From assembly GCA_964016885.1 (NCBI GenBank), contig OZ024760.1, positions 25,172,001 through 25,236,000 on the forward strand: a stretch of DNA of 64,000 bases, read 5' to 3'. Below the pieces are notes generated by a model. That model saw only the letters and a program-made list of their open reading frames with translations. It had not been told where the DNA came from and ran no database searches. A program made the translations under genes and the position numbers. This DNA comes from Eledone cirrhosa. Taxonomy: Eukaryota. Positions 19,857-32,024 of this stretch are shown piece by piece (position 1 is the stretch's first letter; each line of letters begins with the position of its first letter).

Positions 19857-20241
19857 CAATAATGTTTTGAACAGTTCTTTGATTCTTATATTTCATATAA
19901 CTGCTCTGTAAATCATCTGATGTTTTTACATTGAGCTACTTAACTTACTGGTAATAAGGTAGTAATACATTACTGCCTACCACTATTTAGGGTGTGTGTA
20001 AAATACTTACAACTGCTTAAGGTTTTGTATTTACATAACCATAAATAGTATAACTAATACTATATATATACATACATTTACATAAAATTTCCAGTCTACA
20101 TTTACAAAAAATTATTATATTCCATGTCATTGGTAAAATATAACATAGAACATGACATGTAGAAGTCGACTGGGAAAATGTAGTTGTTTCCATATCTACT
20201 ATACAGCTTCTCTCTATCTCTCTCTCTTTCTCACTATCTCA

Positions 20242-20322
<81 letters not shown>

Positions 20323-20496
20323 TCTCTCTCTCTCTCCGATGTTCTAAGCTCTATTCTCTGATCTCTTCTACGTTTCCAAATTTTGAAAATCTCGAATAAT
20401 TTCAATTGGTCCGACGCTGTAAATGTGTGTGTATGTGCATATGTACATTCATTTATATATGTATATATATATGGATATAAATATATATATATATAT

Positions 20497-20787
20497 AAAA
20501 TAAAATAAAATGAATAAGTCAAATGTTTAACATTTGGCTTTGTTTATTACTGCTATATATAATTCGGTGACAGCCATCTTTGGTTGTGACCTCTTCAGGC
20601 AGTCCGAATTAGTGTGGTAGAGACGAGTACACATGTTGTTGAGGTGTTTAACTTTGTCAATAGTCTGATATGCCCAGTTCCTGGTTGGGTTGTTATTTCA
20701 CTGATGGCTGTCACCGAAATATATGTAGCAGTAATAAACGAAGCCAAATTTAAAAACATTTAAACATTTGACTTATTTATTTTCTTT

Positions 20788-20790
<3 letters not shown>
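20497..20790 (-). mobile_element. Imperfect fold-back HHR element; hammerhead at 20549-20603(-)
   Basis: Arms about 20497-20578 and 20703-20790; minus strand actgc-CTGAAGA-ggtcacaacca..tggctgtcacc-GAAT-tatata-TA-gcagt; the right arm keeps GAAA. Confidence 0.75.
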
Positions 20791-20886
<96 letters not shown>

Positions 20887-21030
20887 ATATATATGTATAT
20901 ATATATATATGTATAAACATAAATATATAGAAGTAAATGTTCGGAAGTAGTTACAAGATATATCAAAGCAAAGAAGACTGTTTAAAGTAAGATATATGTT
21001 ATAATAACAGTTAAAACAGTAGGTACATAG

Positions 21031-21066
21031 TCTTTACGTTTCGGTCAATACTGCTTCATCAGAAAA
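21031..21066 (-). ncRNA. Minimal hammerhead candidate
   Basis: tttt-CTGATGA-agcagtattgacc-GAAA-CG-TA-aaga; stem II imperfect. Confidence 0.45.
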
Positions 21067-21476
21067 TAACAAAGGAAATAAAAGATAGATTGGATGGGAC
21101 AGAAAAATCTGTTGAGGAAAAACACGATATGTATTCAGTCAGCCATGTGTGTAGGTGTGTGTGTAAGTTTGTGTGTGTCTATATGTGTGTGCGTGTATGT
21201 GTGTGTGTGCGTGTGTTTGTGTGTGTGTGCGTGTGTATGTGTCTGTGTGTGTGAATCTATGTAGTTGTCTTTGTATACACTTAGGAAATATGTATAATGT
21301 GGATGTTAAACTTATTTATTGTATAGGAATAGTATGGAATTTTTTCTTCCTTGCAATGGTTTCATGACGAGAACATCTATCTCTATCTGATGAGCTTTGT
21401 GGAAATTACCTAGAAGGATTCCTGTTCTAAGACTGTGGCGGTACAATTGGTTATTGTATCCCATAAATCGCGTAAG

Positions 21477-21730
21477 TGGAGGCACCTCTGTCCTAGCGGT
21501 AAGTTCGTTGGGTTTATGATCCTAATGTTTGATTCCTGGGCTTAGTTGCCTGTTGTTTTCTTGAACATAACACTTCACTTCACATTGCTCCAGTATACTC
21601 AATTGAAAATAAATACCAGCAATAGCATGAGGTTTAACCTTACGATGGACAGTCGTCTTCTTCTCCCAGTCGTTTCACCTCATGATCCCGGAATAAACAC
21701 CAGCCTAACGAGCCTTAACTTTAAGCCAGG
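21477..21730 (+). mobile_element. SINE family 2, diverged
   Basis: gtggaggcac...cctagcggtaag head; ttcacattgctccagtatactc body; aaccttacgatggac tail. Confidence 0.7.
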
Positions 21731-22081
21731 CTTTAATATATATATATATATAAATGAAAGGTGTAGAAAACATTGTAGCAAAAAGCCATATATATATAGT
21801 TGTGTGTATAGGATAACAATAAATTGTTAAAGGTAATCCGATAAGAGTCTGTGTAAACTACTTATCATGGACAGTTTAAGCATACGGTGCTGTGTGACTC
21901 AACAATAGGTTTACGTTGGTGACGATTTTATGACTTCGCTTGTATTCCTATGTAAATATATCTTGTGTTCCTATGTAAATATATCTTGGAGTAATAAATA
22001 ATTATTTATCATTAATACTATTATTGATGTAGTAATCTGAATTTTGAAGTTTACCGTTACGCATATATTTTATATTTCTTA

Positions 22082-22180
22082 ATAGTTTCTGATGAAATTA
22101 TTGAAGTTAGATGTTTTGTAAATTGAGTCATACTGTCTCCAGTATTTAGCAATTTATCATGGAAACAATTGTAAGACTGT
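22082..22180 (+). ncRNA. Type I hammerhead with long stem II (family of 30538); inverted copy of the family tail at about 21800-21930
   Basis: Stem I atagttt/agactgt (G:U); CTGATGA; 66-nt stem II region; GAA; ACAATTGT; H=A. Confidence 0.7.
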
Positions 22181-22245
22181 AAATAAATATCTTTGTTTGT
22201 ACTGTCAACCATGTTATTCTTCACTTTTTTGTCTATATATATATA

Positions 22246-22680
22246 TATATTAATAAGAGGAATTCCAACTTTGTCTGATTTACTCGTTTTATTTACAATC
22301 CTTTAAAATATATATAATGGTATTATAATGAAATAGTATGATAGAATATTTAATTCTAAGTGTTAATTGAACAAGTACTTTCATGATTTCGCAATCTTCA
22401 GGTTCATGATATGTGGTGACAGTCGAGTTTGCAGTTTTCAACTGTTTGAACATTGCAAACTCGACTGTCACCACATATCATGAACCTGAAGATTGCGAAA
22501 GCATGAAAGTACTTGTTCAATTAACACTTAGAATTAAATATTCTATCATACTATTTCATTATAATACCATTATATATATTTTAAAGGATTGTAAATAAAA
22601 CGAGTAAATCAGACAAAGTTGGAATTCCTCTTATTAATATAATCTTCTATACACAATCATACACACCCGTGTATATTTAC
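22246..22680 (+). mobile_element. Fold-back HHR element: 396-bp near-perfect palindrome (22246-22641) between (TA)n tracts
   Basis: Centre 22443/22444; ORF track shows mirrored ORFs 22289..22474(-) and 22413..22598(+). Confidence 0.9.
22481..22519 (+). ncRNA. Minimal type I hammerhead ribozyme
   Basis: Stem I tgaac/gttca; CTGAAGA; stem II TGC-GAAA-GCA (GNRA tetraloop); GAA; palindrome AGTACT; H=U. Confidence 0.8.
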
Positions 22681-23146
22681 CTATCTATATCTATATATAT
22701 ATATATATATACATAAACCGGGGTTTACCTCCCTTTGGGGAAAAACCACGTGATCGCTAGTAGTTTACTGCTACGATTCACACCGGCTCGCGTCACATAT
22801 CGGAAGCCTGTTGATAAAGTGAGTCCACTGTTCGGTTATCCAAAATCTAAAACTGGCATACAACGCAAGTGGAATTGTTTATTTCGGATTCATAGGGGTC
22901 TATCGGAGATATTGCTTAATATCGATCGAGATGGTCGAGGTTTGTCAATACCTGATTTGTTTTTCTCGTTGCTTTTGTTCATGTGACTGGGTTCACCGGT
23001 CACAGTTTTCAATGTGTCAAGCTATCTAACGTATGTTATTACACTAAGTTGACACAACCTCATCGAGTGCTTTGCTCCACATACCTAATTGTATATCGTT
23101 AGCTTGGCCACAGCCAAAACTTCGATCTTTCTAAACTTCAATTTGT

Positions 23147-23190
<44 letters not shown>

Positions 23191-23194
<4 letters not shown>

Positions 23195-23558
23195 GTAGGT
23201 CCCGGGTTGAGTCGGGGATAACCACAGTAAGTAAGGTACTCAATACATGGCAGAGTAAAATTTTTTTTATTTTATAGAAGGAGCTTCTACAGGACTAGTA
23301 CTGTTTCATTCAGATGAAATCTTCAGGAAGCTCTGGTTATAAGGGCACTAGGGTGTGCTTGGATACGTAGGTCCCGGGTTGAGTCGGGGAAAACCACAGT
23401 AAGTAAGGTACTCAATACATGGCAGAGTAAATTTTTTTTATTTTAATAGAAGGAGCTTCTACAGGACTAGTACTGTTTCATTCAGATGAAATCTTCAGGA
23501 GCTTCCTGAAGATTTCATCTGAATGAAACAGTACTAGTCCTGTAGAAGCTCCTTCTAT

Positions 23559-23563
<5 letters not shown>
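23191..23563 (-). mobile_element. Retrozyme-like 172-bp head-to-tail repeat with two minus-strand HHRs (23281, 23453) and an inverted plus-strand HHR (23499-23551)
   Basis: atacgtaggtcccggg at 23191 and 23363; HHR gagcttc-CTGAAGA-tttcatctgaat-GAAA-cag..ctg-TA-gaagctc. Confidence 0.85.
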
Positions 23564-23591
<28 letters not shown>

Positions 23592-23596
<5 letters not shown>

Positions 23597-23770
23597 AAAA
23601 TGTATGACCCCGATGGCAGAGCTCAAGCCGTTTCGACGGCTATTTCTTGACTAAATTAGAATTTCGTCCAGAAATCGCCGTTGAAATGGCTTGAGCTCTG
23701 CCGTCGGGATCAAGCATTTTCCTATTACCAACTCTACTACCCTAAGTATTGAATACTCTGGTACGTTATG
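23592..23770 (+). mobile_element. Family B fold-back element carrying only the GAAA/stem III/GUC half of a hammerhead
   Basis: Inverted repeat (IR) 23592-23725; GAAA-cggc-ttgagctct-gccg-TC; homologues at 39932, 49622 and 57655, single arms at 24352 and 49325. Confidence 0.7.
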
Positions 23771-24246
23771 GAGGTTTAAACCTACGATGGACTGGCGTCC
23801 TGTCCAGGGATGAGTCTTGAAATTTCACGTCATGAATCCGGGATAAACACCAACTTAAGGAGCCTTAAATGGATTAAAGGCAGACTTTCATCACGTAAGG
23901 TATCTCCCCGACCCCTTAGTCAAAGGTGGGATAATTTTTCGAGAGACTGCGTACGTTGACAATAGGTCTCTGCTCTTCCCCAAATTCCTGTCACATAATG
24001 TGTTTGTGTCTTATCATAAGTTTCTCATCTTAATTAATTTAACGTTATCAGTTAATATGACGTATTTCATGTTTAACATATATTAACATTAAACACACAC
24101 AAACACGCATGTATTTATGTATAGATATATACACACTCTCAAAGCGACAAACGCACACGCAAACATATCCACTCTCAGATATACCCTGATATTGATACAT
24201 ATTATATAGATAGATGCTCCTCCGTATATAAACCAAATACATAGAC

Positions 24247-24317
<71 letters not shown>

Positions 24318-24415
24318 CAGACATATATACATACATACATGCACATAAATAGTTCGGATGTAGCTGTCGAAACGGCCGGAGCTCAGCCGTCGGGGTCCTG
24401 AATCTGTTCAGACAT

Positions 24416-24473
<58 letters not shown>

Positions 24474-24547
24474 TCACACATATATATATTTATATATATA
24501 TATGAATATATATATATACATACATATACACACACACACACATATAT

Positions 24548-24604
<57 letters not shown>

Positions 24605-24673
24605 CACACATCACAGACATACCTACACACACATGCATCCACATATATACACATATATTCATTATTTAATACA

Positions 24674-24856
24674 TTAATTGTTTCTACTTTTGGCACAAAG
24701 CCAGCAATTATCCCAGTGCATTACTGGTACTTTATTTTATCGACCCCGTAAGGATGAAAGGCAAAGTTAACCTCGGCGGGATTTGAACTCAGAATGGCAA
24801 GGGCCGTAACTCTATGCGTCAAAACATGGCGTCCGACCCTCTACCGATACTGCCAG
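24674..24856 (-). mobile_element. SINE family 1
   Basis: Matches the family consensus. Confidence 0.9.
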
Positions 24857-25172
24857 TCTTACATTAATGTCACCTAAGTATTCCTGTCAAATTATGCTAT
24901 TAATAATATTAAATATATTTGATCCAACCGCGCTGAAGCTCATTTCATCGTCATTTGATATTCCAGTCATTCTGGACAGCAAGTTTCGTTTCTTAACCCT
25001 TAGAGGCATCAAGTCTATCTCTCTTTAGAAAATAAATACACCATGGCTTCTGCTAATTGCTGTGGGCTAACTGTAGCTATTGAATAAACCAACTGAGTCT
25101 ATTCTGTATCGTGAACGATGTAAATTACTATGTATATCCGCCGAAATTAGAAGTGGTGTGATTACTGATCCG

Positions 25173-25252
25173 AACATCCCCTGAAGAGATTTGGATCTTT
25201 AACTCTCTCCACTGATTTACGAAACAGTTATACCCAAAGCTGTCTAGATGTT
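25173..25252 (+). ncRNA. Decayed hammerhead candidate
   Basis: aacatc..CTGAAGA...GAAA-cagtt..agctg-TC-tagatgtt; stem II poorly paired. Confidence 0.45.
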
Positions 25253-25423
25253 GATAGTTATCATAATCGGTTTGTAAATCCTAATTTATCCTTTCATCAT
25301 TTCATTTTACGTCCGCCTTTTCCCTGCTTGCAAGGGTAGATTAATCATTATTTAATTTTAATATTTATTTCCTTGGTATAAAGTGATACTTTCAATCAAT
25401 GAAAAAACGAATTCCAAACTTAC

Positions 25424-25543
25424 CAGAATCATTACCAGCAGAAACAGTTCCATTATCTCTTAAGAAGCAAGGTTTCAGTTTAGCCAGAGTTTCTGTAGTG
25501 GAGTTGGGCCGAGGAAATTCATCTGTGTCTATAATCAGTTCCC
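25424..25543 (-). CDS. Internal coding exon (120 bp) of a thiolase, resembling cytosolic acetyl-CoA acetyltransferase ACAT2
   Basis: Acceptor ttttttag and donor gtaagt; translates (G)[39 protein letters not shown](G), matching the thiolase DE.PR...L.KL.P.F...GTV.AGN.SG block. Confidence 0.85.
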
Positions 25544-25881
25544 CTAAAAAATTGGAATATTATAAAAAGGAAAAAGAATGAGTTCAGAAAATATTTTAAG
25601 AATGATATGTGTAAAAGGTGATGAAATGGTCATGAGGTAAAAATGAATGATATACTATCGACAAAAATGGCAGAGAGTGAAAAGTTTGATCATGATAGCA
25701 TAGTTGGGCCATAGATAGTTATAATATTGTGGCAATAATGTCAGTGGTAAAGTTGTGATGTCACATTAGAGTCAGTGGTACCGTTGTAACTGTGTCTTGT
25801 GAGCCGTATTATCTTTAGTCAGTGTTCCTTTCACCTTGGCGGTTATTGTCCGTTGTGATTTGAACACACACCCACACCCAT

Positions 25882-25950
<69 letters not shown>

Positions 25951-26038
25951 TTAAAATAACAGACAGTTCTGATATATTTGATATATATTTATCCTTATTG
26001 AGCCCTCTTTGGATTTTAGTCTTCAAATTTATTATTAT

Positions 26039-26080
<42 letters not shown>

Positions 26081-26651
26081 GTCTCTTTATAGTATTTTTA
26101 CGGTCGGGGAAATTTCTCCTTGAGCTACTTTGATTATAAGGGACTGATTTGAGTTTTTAATGCATACATAATGTATATATATTGAGTTAAATTGACCTGC
26201 AGTTTGGGTGTTTCTAAGTGGTCTTCCAACAATTTAAACTGCTACCACGTCTGTTGGTCAACACTAACAAAACAACGGACAAAAATATAAACTTTCTCTC
26301 TAAATATGTATGTAAAAACTTAAACGTTTTTCTCCATTTTATTATTGTTCGTATAAATATGCAATTTAACTGCACTATATACTTCCGTCGTTGAAAAAGC
26401 AGTTAAAGCTAAAACCGGTACACGATAAAATGCGGAAAACCCTACTTTATCAATAAATATTTTGATAGTATACTGACAAAATCCCTCCGGCATTTTCTAC
26501 TGTATTTTTGTACGTTTTTACTATTTATTTATATATATCAACTCGTGTGTCAATTCTCGACATTCCATATACATATATTGCAACATCAACATTTTAAAAT
26601 TTTATAATATATCCGACCTGACCACTTGTTGTTTTAAATATATATAAATAC

Positions 26652-26733
<82 letters not shown>

Positions 26734-26821
26734 ATTTATATATATATATATTTATATATATATATATTTATATATATATATTTATATATATACATTTATA
26801 TATATATATTTAAAACAACAA

Positions 26822-26877
<56 letters not shown>

Positions 26878-27071
26878 ATATTTATATATATGTATATATA
26901 CATATATATATACATATATATTTATATATATTTATATATATTTATATATACATATATATATACATATATATTTATATATATTTATATATATTTATATATA
27001 CATATTTAAAACAACATGTGGCCACATCGGATATATCCTTTTAAAATGTTTATCTTATGTTGTTTATTACA

Positions 27072-27148
<77 letters not shown>

Positions 27149-27201
27149 AGGAGGTTATAGTTGGCTAGAGATGTAAGACGCTGGTTTGAGACCTTTATTT
27201 C

Positions 27202-27236
27202 CCTCCGAAGAAGAGATATTATCTCGAAAATTAAGG
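27202..27236 (+). ncRNA. Minimal hammerhead variant (CCGAAGA core)
   Basis: cct-CCGAAGA-a-gagat-att-atctc-GAA-AATT-A-agg; TA tract just upstream. Confidence 0.55.
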
Positions 27237-27819
27237 ACATTTAAATAAATTCAAGGTGAAAGACGAATTCTTTTACTATTGCATTATTTTTTCTATGTCC
27301 ATACCTGCATTGTTTTGGCCTTATTACACATATACACAAACGTTTATATATATATATATAAAGTTTTGTAGCAACAATTACTGGCGGCGCAGCGGTACGG
27401 GGTCCGTTTTGTTTGGGTTGCATTCCAGTTTTACGGCTGTAGTGTGGAGAGCGTGAATACATTTAAAGAGTCGAGGTCAGTTTAGATGTGTCTTTGCTCA
27501 TATAAGCTCGCATATCTGACGGGATTTTGAAAAAGAGTCGGACCCCGCCACCTTGATTGTATCCTGAGGTGATCGACATTGAAATAATTGTAATATGCAA
27601 ATAAAGTTTGTACAAATGCTGTAACCCTGACCACGACTCTCCCTCTCTATCTCTCTTTCTCTCTGTCTTTCTATATATATATTAATGACGTATTATATTC
27701 GTTTTTTCTCGTTCTTTGCCAGGGAACGTTTCCACGAACAAAAGTATCGTCTCCCTGTCTTCCTCCGGTTGAACCGTTTTTTGAAATATCCACTTCTGCG
27801 TTTACAGATTGACTTTGTT

Positions 27820-27870
27820 AGTTTCAGAAGATCCCGTTAAGGGTGAAAGCAGCGATTCTTTGCTTAAACT
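27820..27870 (+). ncRNA. Hammerhead variant (CAGAAGA core)
   Basis: agttt-CAGAAGA-tccc-gttaa-gggt-GAA-AGCA..TGCT-T-aaact. Confidence 0.6.
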
Positions 27871-27908
27871 TTAATCTGTTATTTTAATAAATATATATAT
27901 ATATATAT

Positions 27909-28458
27909 ATAAAGTATTAAAAAAATAATGAATAAAACAATGAAACAGTTCCTTATATTAAACAAAAAAAGTTCATTATTTAACGATCGTTTCTAGGACA
28001 TATATGTGTTAGAATTGGTATGCATATTCAACAGATCTATGTACAAAATTATACAAAATTATACAAATCATCAAATATAATATACATACACAACACATAC
28101 ATATGCCGTCTTCATTATTTCTGAAGACGGCATATGTATGTGTTGGTATGTATATTATATTTGATAATTTGTATAATTTTGTATAATTTTGTACATAGAT
28201 CTGTTGAATATGCATACCAATTCTAACACATATATGTCCTAGAAACGATCGTTAAATAATGAACTTTTTTTGTTTAATATAAGGAACTGTTTCATTGTTT
28301 TATTCATTATTTTTTTAATACTTTATCTTGACTTTGTATTCCGTTTATCTTTCACCGAAAGTGATTTTTTAATGCATCTCTTCTTTCCATGATATCCGGA
28401 TTACATTGAGTTCTTCATACGGATTGGACACTACCGTAAACTCTTGGTAGATTTATCT

Positions 28459-28460
<2 letters not shown>
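27909..28460 (+). mobile_element. Fold-back HHR element: 418-bp near-perfect palindrome (27909-28326) plus tail; tail fragment also at 37480-37576(-)
   Basis: Arms are reverse complements around gtcttca-ttatttc-tgaagac; TA/CA flanks. Confidence 0.88.
28111..28263 (+). ncRNA. Type I hammerhead with a 114-nt stem II
   Basis: 10-bp stem I ttcattattt/aaataatgaa; CTGAAGA; stem II ggcatatgt..ttggtatgtatatt/aatatgcataccaa..atatatgtc; GAA; palindrome ACGATCGT; H=U. Confidence 0.75.
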
Positions 28461-28518
<58 letters not shown>

Positions 28519-28840
28519 ATATTAAATAAATGGAAACTATATTTATAGAACCATATTTATTTTATTATATATATTTCAAGGGTGCCAAGACACATTGATA
28601 CGCTTTCATCAAATGGACTTCCAACAAATTAAATACCCCTTCTACTTATATATATATATATATATATATATATAAGTAATATATTAATAAATACACTATT
28701 GGGTAACGGGTCTAGAATAGAACATTCCAGCTAAGTGGTCGATGATAAACACACACACTCACACACGCACACACACACACAGACACACACACATATATAA
28801 ATATATATATATATATGTGTGTGCGTGTGTGTGTGTGTGT

Positions 28841-29062
28841 AAAAGGAAAACTTAAATAGCAACACAGTCGGTACAGTATATGGAAGGAATATATTAGGTT
28901 AACGCTTGAAATAGCAGTAAGAGTGACTGAACGTTTCGGAAGCTAGTCCTTCGTCAGGAGAAAGAATGAGAAATTAGATTGATTGCAGGTACGGGTAATT
29001 TGAAAACGTTTTTAGAGAAAAATAGCAGGTAGGTCCATTCATGTTGTCATCTCTTTATTTAT
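28841..29062 (-). mobile_element. HHR-element family A; core at 28931-28957(-)
   Basis: CTGACGA-a-GGA-ctagct-TCC-GAAA-CGT; nested between the inverted arms 28685-28765 and 29147-29241. Confidence 0.7.
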
Positions 29063-29064
29063 TG

Positions 29065-29096
<32 letters not shown>

Positions 29097-29652
29097 TTTT
29101 TTTTTTATATATGTGTGTGAGTGTCTGTGTGTGTGTGTGTGGCGTCTGTGAGTGTGTGTGTTTATCATCGACCAATATGAAATTAATGCCTTAGCTGGAA
29201 TGTTCTATTCTAGACCCGTTAGCCAATAGTGTATTTATTAAGATACAATATATTGTTGTTTGCTGAAGCAGACTTGTTTTCAATATATCGACAATCTACC
29301 TTAAATTTCACACACGAATTTCTGGAAGCTTGTTAGTTGGAGCATGTAATTCTATATAGATTTATTGGAATTTCTACTTCAATATATGTATGTGTCCTGA
29401 TTCAGAAAAAAACTTTCCTCTCTCCACCTTGCTTGTTTCAATGATCCCGAAAAGGGTCACGGCATTATCGAACATTAAAGTACCCCTCCAGAGCTGGGCT
29501 CATGTATATTTGCTAACAATTCTCCACACCATACTGCAGCCTTGTGTTTAAATTCAAAACAATTACTTTATGAATGTAAGCATGTATCTATGTATGAATG
29601 TATGTATGTATGTAGGTAAGTATATAAATATGTATGTATCTATGCATGAATG

Positions 29653-29688
<36 letters not shown>

Positions 29689-29888
29689 TTTAATGTAGAT
29701 GAGATTCTACAGGACTAGAACTGTTTCATTCTTTAGAAATCATCAGGAATCTCAGAGATTCCTGATGATTTCTAAAGAATGAAACAGTTCTAGTCCTGTA
29801 GAATCTCATCTACATTAAAACTTTTATACTCTGCTATGTATTGAGTACCTTACTTACTGTGGTTACCTCCGATTCAACCCGGAATAAC

Positions 29889-29892
<4 letters not shown>
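29689..29892 (+). mobile_element. Fold-back HHR element (131-bp palindrome 29689-29819 plus tail); canonical HHR at 29755-29807
   Basis: gagattc-CTGATGA-tttctaaagaat-GAA-ACAG-ttctagtc-CTGT-A-gaatctc; same family as 23191 and 63835. Confidence 0.9.
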
Positions 29893-29943
<51 letters not shown>

Positions 29944-30239
29944 TATTTAGGTATCGAGAGAGAGAAAAAAAAGTGGAGGATAAGTGATACATATAGTTAT
30001 TTGCCAAGTAGGGAGTAGGGTATGCCAAAGGTGCTCGATACTAGTGCCGGCCGTATTAAATATTCGAAGTGTTAATATTTAGTGGGCTAGAGAGTTAGCA
30101 GAGCGTAAGCACGTGGGAAAGTAAGAAATCGGAGAATAGACCGTTAAAACATGTTTATTTAAAACAACACCTACGTACGTTTCGCCAAGTTGGGCTTCTC
30201 ACGGGCATAAATAATCAAAAGTGTTCCTTACTTTCCCAC

Positions 30240-30276
<37 letters not shown>

Positions 30277-30279
<3 letters not shown>

Positions 30280-30860
30280 AATTGAAAAGGTGGGGAATAA
30301 CATGGTCAATAGTACCAAAAAGGGGATTTATTTGCAGTCTAACAATTGTTTAACTGATAGAGATGTCTAAAAATTGCTGAAAACTAAAAGCAGTGCCACT
30401 CATTCCTTTCCTTTCTTTCTTTACTGTATCTATCTCCCTTTCTTCCTCCTTGTCTTTCTATATCTCTATTATTAATATTATTATTGATGATGTAATTTGA
30501 ATTTGTAATTTTGCCTGTTACATATATATTTTTTTAACAGTTTCTGAAGATCTAATAGAGTATTTAAAATTGAGTGGCACTGCTTTTAGTGTTCAGCAAA
30601 TTTTAGACATCTCTATCAGTGAAACAATTGTTAGACTGCAAATAAATCCCCTTTTTTTTACTGTTGACCGTGTTATTCTCCATTTTTTTCAATTTCATTA
30701 CTCCAAGATAAACTTACATAGGAATACAAGTGAAATCATAAACTCGTCATCTACGTAAACCTCTTGTTGAGTCAAGCAACGCCGTACGCTAAAACTATCC
30801 ACAATAAGAAGTATTCACAACCTTTAATTGGATTACCTATAACGATATTTTGTTATCCTT
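30277..30860 (+). mobile_element. HHR element with spaced inverted arms (30277-30405 and 30569-30696); HHR at 30538-30638
   Basis: cagttt-CTGAAGA-70-nt stem II-GAA-ACAATTGT-T-agactg; related to 22082. Confidence 0.8.
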
Positions 30861-30870
30861 TATATATGTA

Positions 30871-30906
<36 letters not shown>

Positions 30907-31055
30907 GCAATATATGGGGAGGGTCATATTGTTATACTATTGCCAGAATTCATAATAAAACACACACAGTTTGGTTTGGATTGGTTTTCGCTTCTGTATC
31001 TTTTATATCTCCACCTAGCAATGAATGTTTATCATTGATTGACCAATGGTTAAAA

Positions 31056-31096
<41 letters not shown>

Positions 31097-31100
<4 letters not shown>

Positions 31101-31619
31101 CTATCAAATTTCTTTCGTCACACATCTGTGACATCATCAGTGTTACTATTATGTTTCCTCCCGTTGTATCGTAATATTTATGTGTGTAGTGACATATGGG
31201 GTTTCTCAGGAATTTTAAGCCTAGCGGACCCCATCACTTTCCTTTTTTCTTAATTTACGTTTAACTAATCGAAAAAAATCCCGTGATAATAGAGGTTCGA
31301 ATGGGCTTCTAAAATGTTCACTATAGGTGGTTTAACCCCCATTAGGGTGTCTTAATATTATTGAAAATTGCTGAAATGTTGTGAAGTACCTATGGGTTGT
31401 CACTTACCTATGGCTTAAATTTCATATACATCGAAGGGAAAACATTTCCAGCGGGGGTTTGTGCCCCCGTGTAACCCTTTGATTAAAATGAAATATACTT
31501 ATCCAAGTACCCTGGGCAGTTTCAGTATATATATGGCTATGGGGGTCTATCTCCAAAACAATAGGAGGAGATCGTGAACAAACAAACAAACAAACAAACA
31601 GACAGGAACTACAACGAAA

Positions 31620-31622
<3 letters not shown>
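31097..31622 (+). mobile_element. Possible non-autonomous Helentron/DINE-like element
   Basis: ggaggagatcgtgaa followed by (ACAA)n-acagacag near the 3' end; short GC-rich hairpin gggggtttgtgccccc; TA flanks; assigned by general architecture only. Confidence 0.35.
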
Positions 31623-31650
<28 letters not shown>

Positions 31651-32024
31651 TCGTATTGTAGCTAGGATGCGTCCATACGCGGTTCACTAAGAGATCGCAC
31701 CTCGAGCTGTTCGCCAGTGAAACAATTGTAATACGTAATATATTCAGTTCCGATGCATCACTGATTCTTCGTTTTCCCTTTTACATATATAATTTCACCC
31801 ACCATGTAGAAATCTTTCAATGAAACGATTCGTTTGGGAAATGAGATCTTTAATATATCTCACATAAAATAATACAGCCACACAATACAATATAGTTAGC
31901 ACTCAAAACGTTTAATTGGGAATATACTCTGGTATTTCCTAATGTTTGTTGAGTGAGTTTGAAATTGGTCAGAGTATCGCTAATAGCTTTCTCCGTTTAT
32001 GTAGTTATATATATATATATATAT

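Noticed and set aside
22289-22598. Two near-identical 61-aa ORFs on opposite strands
   Set aside because: A by-product of the palindrome, not duplicated genes
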